NCBI GenBank assembly: GCA_945872795.1
Contig: CAMCAZ010000013.1
Location: 915 to 64,914 of the forward strand
Direction of reading: 5' to 3'
DNA from: Chryseobacterium gleum
GTDB taxonomy: Bacteria > Bacteroidota > Bacteroidia > Flavobacteriales_F > PHOS-HE28
DNA length: 64,000 nucleotides
A program made the translations under genes and the position numbers. The notes under the pieces were generated by a model. That model was given only the letters and a program-made list of their open reading frames with translations. It did no database searches and was not told where the DNA came from. Every line of letters begins with the position of its first letter. The stretch's first letter is position 1. Of the stretch, positions 1 through 9,537 are shown piece after piece.

Positions 1-595
1 TGCGCGCGTTGGCAAAGCGCACTTCGGCAAAGCGCAGGAAGATGAGGCCGAGCACGGGCGTGCTGTACTCGTTGCTCTTGAGGCCGCTGTTGGCCCGCAT
101 CTGGTCGGCGGCCTCCCAGAGCTGTGCTTCCAATTTGCTCTTCTCGGCATCGCGCTCAGGCGGGGCTATCCAGGTGCCGGTCCAGGGTCCGGGCGGTACT
201 GGGCTGATTGGTCTTGCGGTGGCGGAGCCAGTGGCTTTCGGCATTGAGGTCTCTTGGCTTGTGGCCTTCGGTGGTCGGCCAGGTCCCCTTTTAGTGGTCG
301 GGTAGTGTACAGGCATTGGTGGCCTTGTGCCCATGGGTCCCATAGGCTGCAGGTCCATCGGTTCTGCGGCCAAGTGGTCTGCGGCCTCCGGCGAGGTGTT
401 CCCGGCCAGTTTGATGCTTCCTCCGCGCCCGCGTCCTTGGATGATGAGGCCCTGGAGCACGAGGTTGGCCTTCACCACTTCGTACTGCGACTCGCTCCAC
501 TGCAGCAGCTCGCGGGCCTTGGCGTTGCCCAGGGAGGGGTGCTGGTGGAGGAGGTCCAGGAGTTGTTGCTCGGGCGGGGAAGGAGTGGAGGACAT
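1..595 (-). CDS. hsdM: Type I restriction-modification methyltransferase subunit M, 5' part (runs off the left edge), with N-terminal extension
   Basis: Manual translation from the ATG at 595 is open to the window edge: [16 protein letters not shown]...[41 protein letters not shown]. The LW.AAD.LRANS.L...[13 protein letters not shown] motif is the HsdM N-terminal domain. Absent from the ORF track because there is no stop in the window. Confidence 0.9.
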   Translation of the reverse strand, partial: MSSTPSPPEQQLLDLLHQHPSLGNAKARELLQWSESQYEVVKANLVLQGLIIQGRGRGGSIKLAGNTSPEAADHLAAEPMDLQPMGPMGTRPPMPVHYPTTKRGPGRPPKATSQETSMPKATGSATARPISPVPPGPWTGTWIAPPERDAEKSKLEAQLWEAADQMRANSGLKSNEYSTPVLGLIFLRFAEVRFANAR

Positions 596-626
596 GCGGG
601 CTCAAGATAGAAGAAGCGAAGCGCAT

Positions 627-1056
627 GTGCTCATCCCGCTTAGGCGGGACAGGTCGTGGGCGTGTGCTCTATGGAATGCCGCCTCCCACAAGTACGGCGG
701 CTTGGGGGGCTGGGATGAGCGCGGTCCACAGACCTGCCTACCGGAGGTAGGTGAGGATGATGTCACAGACCTGCCTACCGATAGGTAGGTGAATGCGACT
801 GAGGAAAATTGTGGCGCTGCGACGGGATTTGGCGGAGAGGGGGAGTATGCGGCTGCGCGGGAACAGGGGATGGTCATCCCGCTAGGGCGGGACAGGTCGT
901 GCTCATCCCGCTTAGGCGGGACAGGTCGTGGGTGTGTGCGCATGTGAACATCAATGCCGCCTCCCACAGCTTTGGCGGCTTGGGGGGCTGGGATGAGCGC
1001 GGTCCACAGATGAGGATGATGCCACAGACCTGCCTACCGATCGGTAGGCAGGTCTG
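627..1056. repeat. Duplicated intergenic block (627-790 and 899-1056) carrying short palindromic REP-like units
   Basis: GTGCTCATCCCGCTTAGGCGGGACAGGTCGTGGG...GGCGGCTTGGGGGGCTGGGATGAGCGCGGTCCACAGA occurs twice. A perfect palindrome CAGACCTGCCTACCGATCGGTAGGCAGGTCTG lies at 1025-1056. Confidence 0.9.
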
Positions 1057-1182
1057 CGCCATCCCGCAGCTTGCTGCGTCCCGGGGCATCATTTTCCATT
1101 TTTCATTCCCTCCATTCCTCCGTTCCTCCATTTCCTCATCGCGCTGTCCGGCCCCGTACAATGCGCATTGCCGGGGTGGGCT

Positions 1183-1190
1183 TACCTTCG
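1183..1190 (+). promoter_or_regulatory. Bacteroidota-type -7 promoter element (TACCTTCG variant)
   Basis: Resembles TAnnTTTG and lies 20 bp before the ATG. The same octamer precedes genes at 5099 and 17971. Confidence 0.5.
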
Positions 1191-1210
1191 GATCCTCACC
1201 ATTCGATCCC

Positions 1211-2086
1211 ATGCACCGATCCGTTCCGACCTTCCGCGCCGCGCTCATGCTGCTTTGTACAACGGCCATCGTGGCCTGCCAGGACAGCGCCGTACCGGCC
1301 ACCGGCAGCGCACCCGCGCCACCCGACACGCTGGCGGCAGCACCGGCGCCCAGCAGTGCGCGCCCGGTGCACTGGAGCTATGAAGGGGAGGCCGGTCCGA
1401 TGAACTGGGGAGCGCTGAGCCCCGTGTATGCCTTGTGCAAGGACGGTGTGGGCCAATCGCCCATCGCGCTCACCAGCGGAGCAGCGGGCACGGGGGGCAC
1501 GTGGAAGTTCAACTACGGCAGCACCGGCCTCACGCTGGCGCACCACGAACATGTGGATGAACTGGTGGACAACGGCCACACCATCCAGGTGAATGTGGAG
1601 GAGGGAAGCACGCTCACCCTCAACGACAAGGTGTATACCTTGAAGCAGTTCCACTACCACACACCGAGCGAGCATACGCTGGACGGGAAGAACCTGCCCA
1701 TGGAGATGCACATGGTGCACCAGGACAGCGCGGGTGGCTTCGCGGTGGTGAGCGTGCTCTTCGAGGAGGGCAGGCCCAATGCGAACATCGCCAAGCTGGT
1801 GGCCAACCTGCCTGCCGCCAAGGGCGATACGGTGAGCGTGGCGAACGAACGCATGGACCTGGAGTTGCACCTGCCCAGCACGGAGAGGGCCTTCCACTAC
1901 GTGGGTTCGCTGACCACGCCGCCCTGCAGTGAGCAGGTGGAGTGGCTGGTGCTGCAGGACCGGATCACGGCCAGCAAGGAACAGATCGCGGCCTTTGCTA
2001 CGCTCATCGGGCCGAACAACCGGCCGGTGCAGGATCTGCACACGCGGGAGGTGTCCACCGTGGTGTTGAGCGGTACCAGCAAGTAA
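1211..2086 (+). CDS. Alpha-class carbonic anhydrase, lipoprotein
   Basis: HWSYEG, QSPI, NGHT, Zn ligands QFHYHTPSEH and EMHMVH, YVGSLTTPPCSE, NNRPVQ. Lipobox-like IVAC. Start moved to ATG 1211 because the upstream part of the ORF is repeat DNA. Confidence 0.95.
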   Translation: MHRSVPTFRAALMLLCTTAIVACQDSAVPATGSAPAPPDTLAAAPAPSSARPVHWSYEGEAGPMNWGALSPVYALCKDGVGQSPIALTSGAAGTGGTWKFNYGSTGLTLAHHEHVDELVDNGHTIQVNVEEGSTLTLNDKVYTLKQFHYHTPSEHTLDGKNLPMEMHMVHQDSAGGFAVVSVLFEEGRPNANIAKLVANLPAAKGDTVSVANERMDLELHLPSTERAFHYVGSLTTPPCSEQVEWLVLQDRITASKEQIAAFATLIGPNNRPVQDLHTREVSTVVLSGTSK

Positions 2087-2094
2087 GCGCACCG

Positions 2095-3231
2095 ATGAGC
2101 ACCCTGCGACCTGCGCTGCTGTGCGCGCTGCTGGGCACGAGCGCCCTGGCCACTGCGCAAGCCGATACCACCAAGCACACGCTGAAGCCTGGCTGGTGGC
2201 GCATACCCGGCACGGAGATGCGCATGAGCGTGGGGGGCTATGTGAAGGTGGACCTGATCCACGACCTGAGCCCGATCGGATCGCCGAACTTCTTTGATGT
2301 GAGCAAGATCCCCACGGACGGCAGCACGGGCAGCAGCACGCACCTGCAGGCGGTGGAGACGCGCCTGTTCGTGGATGTGCGGCGCGACTCGCGCTTCGGC
2401 GAAGTACGTGGCTTCGTGGAGGGCGACTTCTACGGCAGCGGCAACAGCTTTCGCCTGCGCCATGCCTATGTGCAGGTGGGCGAACGCTGGCTGGTGGGGC
2501 AGATGTGGAGCACTTTCATGGACGAGGCCATCATCCCTGCGACATTGGACTATGAGAAACCTGCGGCCTATGCCTTCGCGCGGCATGCGCAGGTGCGCTA
2601 CACCCACCCGCTGGGAAAGGAACTGCAGCTCTCCGCCGCGCTGGAAGAACCGTCGAAGTCCGTGGAGGCCCCTGGCCCGGGCGTGCTGAGCAATCCGCTG
2701 CCGGACATGGTGCTGCGCCTGAAGATGAAGGGAGACAGGGGCCATGTGCAATTGGCCGGCTTCCTGGGCGGCGTGGAGTTCGTGCCGGACTCCGGTGCCA
2801 CGCAACGCACCGCCACGCACGGCATGAACCTGAGCGGTGCTGTGAAAGTGGGCGCGAAGGACCAACTGACGGCCCAGGTGATCTACGGGCCCGGCATCGC
2901 GCGCTACCGCTTCGGCACCTTCGCCGCTCCGAACGCAGCGGGGCAGCTCACGCCCATTACCGGTGTGGCCGCCACGCTGGGCTACCAGCACCAGTGGTCC
3001 CGGGAGTGGACCTCCTTCGTGGTGCTGAACGCAGGGCAGGACGACCCGCTCAGTGGCCAGCGCAGCATGGACAGCCAGTTGCTGGCGTACGGCGCGGTGA
3101 ACCTGCTGTGGCACTTCACGCCTTACGCTTTCGTGGGAGTGGAGTACCTGCACGGCCGCCACGAACTGGTCAGTGGTGCCAGTGGCAGTGCCGACCGGGT
3201 GATGATGAGCCTGAAGATGGAGTTGAACTGA
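2095..3231 (+). CDS. DcaP-like trimeric outer-membrane porin
   Basis: Signal peptide; IPGT.M.VGGYVKVDLI, EGDFYG...RLRHAY, GQMWSTFMD, LPD motifs typical of the DcaP family. Confidence 0.85.
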   Translation: MSTLRPALLCALLGTSALATAQADTTKHTLKPGWWRIPGTEMRMSVGGYVKVDLIHDLSPIGSPNFFDVSKIPTDGSTGSSTHLQAVETRLFVDVRRDSRFGEVRGFVEGDFYGSGNSFRLRHAYVQVGERWLVGQMWSTFMDEAIIPATLDYEKPAAYAFARHAQVRYTHPLGKELQLSAALEEPSKSVEAPGPGVLSNPLPDMVLRLKMKGDRGHVQLAGFLGGVEFVPDSGATQRTATHGMNLSGAVKVGAKDQLTAQVIYGPGIARYRFGTFAAPNAAGQLTPITGVAATLGYQHQWSREWTSFVVLNAGQDDPLSGQRSMDSQLLAYGAVNLLWHFTPYAFVGVEYLHGRHELVSGASGSADRVMMSLKMELN

Positions 3232-3468
3232 GCAGTTGACGATCGCTGGGCCTTGCCCTTGGCAATGCTTATTGCACACAAAATCATGAACGGCCTCCAT
3301 CCCGAAGGCAGGCCTGCGGCCCTTTGGCCATCAGTTCAGGGTTCACCCCGCACCACATCGAAGCGCCACCCACCGAGGACCACCGATCCAAGCCGCGGCG
3401 CCCATTCAGCATTCAGCATTCATCATTTTTCATTTTTCATTCCCTTTCCTTCCCTTCGCCATGGTCGC

Positions 3469-4179
3469 TCAGGGCTCCACGTTCACGAAGGGAAAGCTGA
3501 GGAAGAACTGGACGGTGCTGTTGGTGGAGGAGATGCCCGCGGCGTTCTCCTTGAACACCTCGGTGAGGCCCATGCAGTAGCGCAGGCGCAGGTCGATGCC
3601 CTTGAGGCCGCGTGGTTTCTGGAACACCACGCCCAGGTCCACAGGCATCGCGAACTCGATGGACTCCACCTGGTCCTGGATGTCCTCCGTCACAGTGAAC
3701 TCATCGCCGACCACCAGGTCACCGGTGGTGGCCAGCTTGGCACTGGTGAGGAAGCTGATCTGCGGACCCGCACGCACGTAGAACCGATCGCTGAGGCGGC
3801 GATGGAGCTGCAGGGGCACATCGATGTAGCCGAGCTGCAGGCGGGTCTCGTAGCTGCCCACCACGCCGGTGCTGTCCACAAAGGCGTTCTCGAAGCCCTT
3901 TCCGCCGCGTGGTGAAAGGGGCTTGAACTCCGGGGTGAAGGCCCAGTTGTCGTTCAGTTTGATATACGTGCCCAGGCCGAAATAGAAACCGTTCGCCGAT
4001 GTGGTGCCATTGACGCCCGGCATGCTGCTCAGGTTCAGGCCGGCGTCAAGCGTGAAGTGGAAGTTCTCCGACGCGGCCTTGTCGCCGAAGATGAGCACCA
4101 GCAGCGCGGCCTGTCCGTGGGCGAGGATGGAGCCGGAGAGGGCGAGGGTGAGAAGCGCCAGGCGCAGGGTGGGGGGCAT
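3469..4179 (-). CDS. Outer-membrane beta-barrel (PorT/porin-family) protein
   Basis: Signal peptide, AGLNLS, LGYIDVPL, AGPQISFL, alternating beta strands ending in FLSFPF. Confidence 0.75.
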   Translation of the reverse strand: MPPTLRLALLTLALSGSILAHGQAALLVLIFGDKAASENFHFTLDAGLNLSSMPGVNGTTSANGFYFGLGTYIKLNDNWAFTPEFKPLSPRGGKGFENAFVDSTGVVGSYETRLQLGYIDVPLQLHRRLSDRFYVRAGPQISFLTSAKLATTGDLVVGDEFTVTEDIQDQVESIEFAMPVDLGVVFQKPRGLKGIDLRLRYCMGLTEVFKENAAGISSTNSTVQFFLSFPFVNVEP

Positions 4180-4269
4180 GGTGTACTGTTCGGTGATGGT
4201 GAGTGCTGGAGCGGGCGGCATGGGGGCACTGTGCGGGCCGTGCAAAATGGGGGGGGCTTGCCGGTCCGC

Positions 4270-5022
4270 TCAGAAGGCGTAGCCCAGTTTGATGCCGTAG
4301 CGGTAGCCCAGGCTGTTGCGGTCCACGATGGTGGTACCAGTGGTGGAGAGGTCGATGCTGGTGTTGACGAGGTCACGGCCCAGGCGGTCTTCGATGGCCT
4401 GCTCCAATTCGTCGGCCAGTTCTCCGTCGCCCTGCAGATCGGCCTTCACTTTCAAGCGGTAGACCGACCATCGCGGTGCGAATAGGAGAAAGTCCATCAC
4501 CAGCCGGTCGTGGATGGCCAGGAACTGGTAGCCCAGCGATGGTCCCACACCGAACTCGATGAGGTCGATCTGCAGCTTGCTGCTGCTTTCCTCGTTCTCG
4601 CTGATGGACACGACCGAGAGGTCGGCTTTGTAGCGGGTGTCGCTGTAGCGCAGGTAGGCTCCCAGGTAGAGACCGCGGGGTGCGGGTCTGCTGTCGCTCT
4701 TTTCCAGGAACCACTTGACCTCGGGGGTGATGTAGTAGCCGGAGAGGGTGCGGTCCTCGCTGAAGGTGAGGTCCGGGGAGCTGAGGTCGAACAGTCCGCT
4801 GGGCCGCAGGGGCAGCATGTAGCTCACGGTGAGTGCAACGCTCCAGTCGGGGTTCAGCACCCGTTCATAGCTCAGGGCGATGGTGTTGGCGATGGAGGAG
4901 GTGATTCCCACCTTCACCAGGTTCCGGCGGGGGATGTAGCCCACGCTGTCGGCCTGGGCCGTTGCATTGGACGACAGTCCGAGGATGAGGAGAGCGAACA
5001 GAAGAAGGCGCTGAGCGTGCAT
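4270..5022 (-). CDS. DUF3575-like outer-membrane beta-barrel protein
   Basis: Signal peptide, NLVK..LSYER, GLYLGAYLRY, C-terminal GIKLGYAF. Confidence 0.7.
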   Translation of the reverse strand: MHAQRLLLFALLILGLSSNATAQADSVGYIPRRNLVKVGITSSIANTIALSYERVLNPDWSVALTVSYMLPLRPSGLFDLSSPDLTFSEDRTLSGYYITPEVKWFLEKSDSRPAPRGLYLGAYLRYSDTRYKADLSVVSISENEESSSKLQIDLIEFGVGPSLGYQFLAIHDRLVMDFLLFAPRWSVYRLKVKADLQGDGELADELEQAIEDRLGRDLVNTSIDLSTTGTTIVDRNSLGYRYGIKLGYAF

Positions 5023-5127
5023 CGGTGGGGCGGGTTTGCTTGGCGAAGGTCGTGATTGGCGGGTTGATCCTCATAACGTGGGGATTGCGATCGGCCGCTA
5101 CCTTCGCCGCCCAAATCCGAACCCAAC

Positions 5128-5592
5128 ATGCGTACCCTACTGACCACCGCCGCCCTGTGCATCGGCTTCGTTGCATCGGCCCAGAACTACAACGACCTCG
5201 TGGAGCTCGTGCGCTCCGACCTCCGTACGGAGAAGCAGGCCATTGTGATGTCCGCCTTGAACCTGAGCGAAGCCCAGAGCGCGCTGTTCACACCCATCTA
5301 TGATGAGTACAGCACAGCCATGAAGAAGCATTGGGATAAGCGCATCGCCCTGGTGAACGACTACGCGAAGGCCTACCAGACGATGAACGATGAGACGGCG
5401 GCTTCGCTGATGAAGCGCATGAGCGCCTTGGAGAAGGAGAACATGGCCATCCGCGAGGTGCACGCCAAGAAAGTGGCGAAGGTGCTGCCCACCACGGTGG
5501 CCGCACGCTGGATGCAGGTGGAGCGTCGCCTGGGCCACTTGGTCGAGCTGCAGATCGCCGATGAGGTGCCTTTGATCCCCACGACGAACTGA
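5128..5592 (+). CDS. Secreted alpha-helical hypothetical protein
   Basis: Signal peptide (ASA-Q), good codon bias, preceded by TACCTTCG at 5099. Confidence 0.8.
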   Translation: MRTLLTTAALCIGFVASAQNYNDLVELVRSDLRTEKQAIVMSALNLSEAQSALFTPIYDEYSTAMKKHWDKRIALVNDYAKAYQTMNDETAASLMKRMSALEKENMAIREVHAKKVAKVLPTTVAARWMQVERRLGHLVELQIADEVPLIPTTN

Positions 5593-5608
5593 GGCGTTCA
5601 ACCGTTAT

Positions 5609-5646
5609 GGAGAAGGCCGTTCCGCTCTGGCGGGGCGGCCTTCTCC
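5609..5646. terminator. Probable bidirectional terminator hairpin between convergent genes
   Basis: GGAGAAGGCCGTTCCGC-TCTG-GCGGGGCGGCCTTCTCC inverted repeat. Confidence 0.65.
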
Positions 5647-5681
5647 CGTTTCAGCGCAGCGCGGGCGAAAAGCCTTGCGGC

Positions 5682-6119
5682 TTACTGGCCGAACACGTAG
5701 CGCACGTTGAGGCCGAAGCCGCCGGCAAGGATGGTCGTCTCCTCGATGAGCCAGAAGGTGGGGCGCCAGTCCAAGCTCAGGGTGAGGGGCACCTCCACGA
5801 AGTGGTAATCCACCCCGACCTCGCCGCTAAAACCGAGGTAGAAGGGGTCGCCGATGAACATGGACGGCCCGGCCCCCACATACCAGTTGAAGGCCTCGAA
5901 CCCCAGCGGCCGGTAGAGGAAATCGTAGAGGGCCTCGATGCCCACACCATTTTTTCCGAAGGACAGATCGGCATGCACGCGGCTGAATTCACCCAGCGTG
6001 ACAAGTCCGTCCACGGCCACATAGTTCCCCAGCACATCGCCCACGCGGATACCGAGCTCCTGGGCTGAAGCGCTGTGGACGGTGAACACGAGGGCGAGAA
6101 GGAGGAACAGCTTTTTCAT
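5682..6119 (-). CDS. Small outer-membrane beta-barrel protein
   Basis: MKKLFLLL signal peptide; WYVGAG, PLTLSLDWRP, terminal VRYVF. Confidence 0.8.
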   Translation of the reverse strand: MKKLFLLLALVFTVHSASAQELGIRVGDVLGNYVAVDGLVTLGEFSRVHADLSFGKNGVGIEALYDFLYRPLGFEAFNWYVGAGPSMFIGDPFYLGFSGEVGVDYHFVEVPLTLSLDWRPTFWLIEETTILAGGFGLNVRYVFGQ

Positions 6120-6306
6120 GACGGGGCAACTTCGGTCCGCACCATTGCGGCTGCGGAAATTCATGTACAAAGGTGCATTGGCCCGGCAGGCCCGTTGCTC
6201 GTCCGCTGCTGCAAGCATCCACCGCCCACTGTTGGAAAGGCCTGGATCTCCGCTCGGCGGCATGAAGCCCAGTGGAAGTCAGGTGCCGCATCGTTCCCTC
6301 GCTTTA

Positions 6307-6513
6307 GGGTACCTCGAAGAACCTCGCTCCGGCGGCGATGGAGGCAGGGGCGCTTTCTATGTGCACGTGCTCTCGTCCGGCCATACGTCGTTGCCTGCTT
6401 ACCGGACAGGCAGGCCCCTCAGTCGGATACTTCGTTCGCTCCGTCGCACGCCGTCGCCGGAGCGCTTTGGCGCGTCGGAGACCAGTGTCCTCACTTCGGG
6501 GCGCCCCTGCCTA
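6307..6513. mobile_element. Truncated copy of the MITE at 17637-17945 (left end only)
   Basis: Starts GGGTACCTCGAAGAACCTC and shares CCTCAGTCG.ATACTTCGTTCGCTCCGTCGC...CTTCGGGGCGCCCCTGCCTA with the full copy. No right TIR found. Confidence 0.75.
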
Positions 6514-6608
6514 ACAGCTGGAGCGGTGGGGTCTGCGCCCGCACGGGGAACAACTACGACCAGGTGCTGCTCATGTGGCAGTGCCGCTGAGGTGCGGGGT
6601 GTGATGCT

Positions 6609-8225
6609 TCATGCCGGTATGGTCCCCGGATCCTTTTCCTCCGGCGGGACCACCTTGGCCAGCTCCGGGTCGCGGTTGTAGTGGGGGCTCATGATCTGTA
6701 CACCGTTCGCATTGAAGATGTCCTGGATGTGGGCGTGCAGGGCCGAGAGCGTCTGCCGTAACGGTCCCTGGACGACGACCGTCAGGCGGTAGTCCACATA
6801 GAAGTCGTTCAGGGCATGCTGTGCGACCTGTGGGGGCGGCATGGTGGCGATGTCGGTGGTGCGTTGGGCGGCCTCCAGCAGCATGGCATGCACCTGCCGC
6901 CAGGGCGTGTCGTAGCCGATGGTGACGCCGGTGGTCCACAGGATGCCCTTGCCACTGTGACGGGACAGGTTGGTGAGCTTGCTGCTCATCACGATGCTGT
7001 TCGGCACGGTCACCTCCTCGCCGTAGCTGGTGACGACGGTGGTGTTGAAGTAACCGATCTGCTTCACCACGCCGGTGACCAGGTCGCCCACCTGGATGCA
7101 CTCACCCACCCGTGCGAGGCGGTTGAACATGAGCGCGAGGCCGGATACGGCCTGCGAGATCACCCCGCTGCTGCCCAGGGAGAGCATCACACCGGCGAGC
7201 ACGCTCACGCCCTGGAAGGCTTTGCTGCTGGAGCCGGGTATGTAGGGATAGGCGATCACCAGGCCGAAGACCCAGATGAGCATGACCACCACGCGGCGCG
7301 TGGGCGCGGCTATGCCCGCATCGATATAGGTGACCTCGATCTCGCCCTTCTGGATGCGTATGAAGAGGGAGCCGGTCATGCGAGCCACCGCGCGGGTGAT
7401 CAGGAAGATGAGCGCCACCATGGCGAGGCCTGGCAGGGCGTCCACCACCCCGTGCAAGACCCACATGCCGGCATCGAGCAACACCTGGAGCATGCTTTCG
7501 CTCCAGGCCCGGGTCAAGGGGATGCGGCCCAGTACGGCGGTGAGCCAGAAGTAGAGCACCACCAGCATGAGCGCGGCGATGATCATCATCACCAGCCGCT
7601 GGGCGACGAGGAAGAGCGTGTGGCTGCGCGTGAGGCCGCCCTTGATCCCGGTGCGCTCCATGCTCTTGGCGATGAAGGCCTCGGCCCTGCGGGAGATCAG
7701 CCGGCGGAGGCGGCCGAGGAGAAACAGCGTCGCGACAAGCAGTACCGAATAGAACACCACGAATGCGATGTTGCGCACCATGGAGCGCGAATCCTGCATC
7801 TCCCGCTGGTCCGCGATGGCTACCTTCAGGCGTTCGATGGTGCGGGCCTTCACCACGTCCATCTCCTCACCCATGGAGGGGTCCAGATCGAGCGGGGCGA
7901 TGAACATCAAGGCATGGTCGTCGATCAGGATCCCACGCCCCCCGAACAGGAGGGAATCGCGCAGTACGCCGGGTCCACCCCGTTCCAAGGCCTCCTCCAG
8001 GCGTTTGTGGATGTTGCCCACGCGCTGTTCCGGTGTGTTCGAGAACACCTCTGCTCGCAGGGTGATGATGAAGCGGTTGGCGATCACCAGGTCCGCAGGC
8101 TCGCCAGCGGTGATCGAGGCGGAGAGCACGATGCTGTCCGACTGGCCCCACGCGGCCGTGCAGGGCAGCAGGGCAAGGCTCAGCAGCAGGACTCTTCGGA
8201 TGATGGATCGGGCTGCTCTGTGCAC
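6609..8225 (-). CDS. Small-conductance mechanosensitive channel (MscS family) with periplasmic N-domain
   Basis: AYPYIPGSSSKAFQGVSV...SLGSS, VPNS, VTIGYDTPWRQVH, NGVQIMSPHY. Confidence 0.9.
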   Translation of the reverse strand: MHRAARSIIRRVLLLSLALLPCTAAWGQSDSIVLSASITAGEPADLVIANRFIITLRAEVFSNTPEQRVGNIHKRLEEALERGGPGVLRDSLLFGGRGILIDDHALMFIAPLDLDPSMGEEMDVVKARTIERLKVAIADQREMQDSRSMVRNIAFVVFYSVLLVATLFLLGRLRRLISRRAEAFIAKSMERTGIKGGLTRSHTLFLVAQRLVMMIIAALMLVVLYFWLTAVLGRIPLTRAWSESMLQVLLDAGMWVLHGVVDALPGLAMVALIFLITRAVARMTGSLFIRIQKGEIEVTYIDAGIAAPTRRVVVMLIWVFGLVIAYPYIPGSSSKAFQGVSVLAGVMLSLGSSGVISQAVSGLALMFNRLARVGECIQVGDLVTGVVKQIGYFNTTVVTSYGEEVTVPNSIVMSSKLTNLSRHSGKGILWTTGVTIGYDTPWRQVHAMLLEAAQRTTDIATMPPPQVAQHALNDFYVDYRLTVVVQGPLRQTLSALHAHIQDIFNANGVQIMSPHYNRDPELAKVVPPEEKDPGTIPA

Positions 8226-8387
8226 GGCGATGGTATACGATGATCCGGCGGCCTTACTTGGCCATCAGCCCGAAAGGGTTTGATGGATCGAATGTATGGG
8301 TCTTGGGTGCAGCCGGAAATGACGCCGGGCGAAAAGGTGGTCGATCGTGCTTTTCTCCAACGACCGTGGAGGGCAGCACAGCGAAGG

Positions 8388-9410
8388 TCAGAACGTATAG
8401 CCCACCGTGGTGGCCACGCGCCAATCGTTCAGTTGCGGCCCTCCGTCCAGTGGCCTGCTGTCGAACTGTTCGTAGAACTCCAACCCGATCTGCAGGTCGC
8501 GGATCACCTCATAGCGCAGGGTGGTGGAGGTGGTGAAACGCCATCGGTCCCGGATGGTGAGGCCGTAGTAGCCGGCCAGGTCCACCGTCACCTCGGCCTT
8601 GGGGAAGCGGTAGGTCTTGAATCGGAAGCGGTCGCCCAGGAACAGTTCGAAGTTGTCGCTGCCCGCGCCGCTGCCGCTGCGTTCGCGGTTGCCCTGTACC
8701 CCGCCGCCGATCAGGTTGCTGGCATGCACGCTCAGCAGCACATAGTTGCCCACCGCGACATTGGCGCGTAGGCGAACGTCGAGGTCCAGCTCGGTATTGG
8801 ATTCGGCCCCCACTGTGAATACGCTGGTCCAGCGGGCCCAAAGATTTCGTTCCCAGCTCAGGGTGATGTCCTGCCTGCGGTTGTCGTCCACCTCGGGCTG
8901 CACCGTGTTGATGTTGGTGAAGGAGAGGTTCAGGTTGCTCTGTCCCCCCCGATAGGTGGCAGCGCCGCTCAGGGTCAGCTGGCTCAGCTCGTTGCTCTTC
9001 TGGTAGTTGTATCCGGCGTTCACGTTGCCATCGATGCGCGGCCAGATGCCCTTGTCCAGGCGGTATAGCGCGGTGATGTCGATGAGGTTGACGGAGATGC
9101 TGTCGGCGTCCGGCACGATGCAGAGGTGGTCCAGCTGTGGGCTGGGGGCGAGGTATCCATCATAGTAGGCCCCGCTCCTCAGGCGGACGTACCAGCGCTT
9201 GTCCGTATGCACGGTCTGGATCTGGTCCCACTCGATGAACACGGTTGCCATGTAGTCCGTTTTCACGCGCAACAGTCCCAGTTTCAGGTCCTTCATCTCG
9301 CCCACCACCTGGTCGCCGTTGAACAGGTGGATGGTGTCCGTCTTCTGTGCCGCGAGCACTCCGGGCAGGAGGATCAGGAGGCAGGCGATGATGCGGATGG
9401 ACCGGTGCAT
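8388..9410 (-). CDS. DUF481-domain outer-membrane protein
   Basis: Signal peptide, DTIHLFNGD.VVGEMK.L N-domain, barrel ending VGYTF. Confidence 0.75.
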   Translation of the reverse strand: MHRSIRIIACLLILLPGVLAAQKTDTIHLFNGDQVVGEMKDLKLGLLRVKTDYMATVFIEWDQIQTVHTDKRWYVRLRSGAYYDGYLAPSPQLDHLCIVPDADSISVNLIDITALYRLDKGIWPRIDGNVNAGYNYQKSNELSQLTLSGAATYRGGQSNLNLSFTNINTVQPEVDDNRRQDITLSWERNLWARWTSVFTVGAESNTELDLDVRLRANVAVGNYVLLSVHASNLIGGGVQGNRERSGSGAGSDNFELFLGDRFRFKTYRFPKAEVTVDLAGYYGLTIRDRWRFTTSTTLRYEVIRDLQIGLEFYEQFDSRPLDGGPQLNDWRVATTVGYTF

Positions 9411-9537
9411 GAGGCACAAAGGAACACGGTGCGAGGGAATTTCGCCTGCGGTACCGCAGACGTGGGCAGAGGGACCCAACTGAGAACCGGGCTCGGCATC
9501 GTCGAGCACGTGGCACCACGCGTGAAGTTCCGCCGGG

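Noticed and set aside
627-1056. CRISPR-like or tRNA-like repeats
   Set aside because: Irregular spacing, nested palindromes, and no cloverleaf or T-loop consensus
809-1210. 134-aa N-terminal extension of the carbonic anhydrase in the ORF track
   Set aside because: It translates repeat DNA. The signal peptide and promoter element point to ATG 1211.
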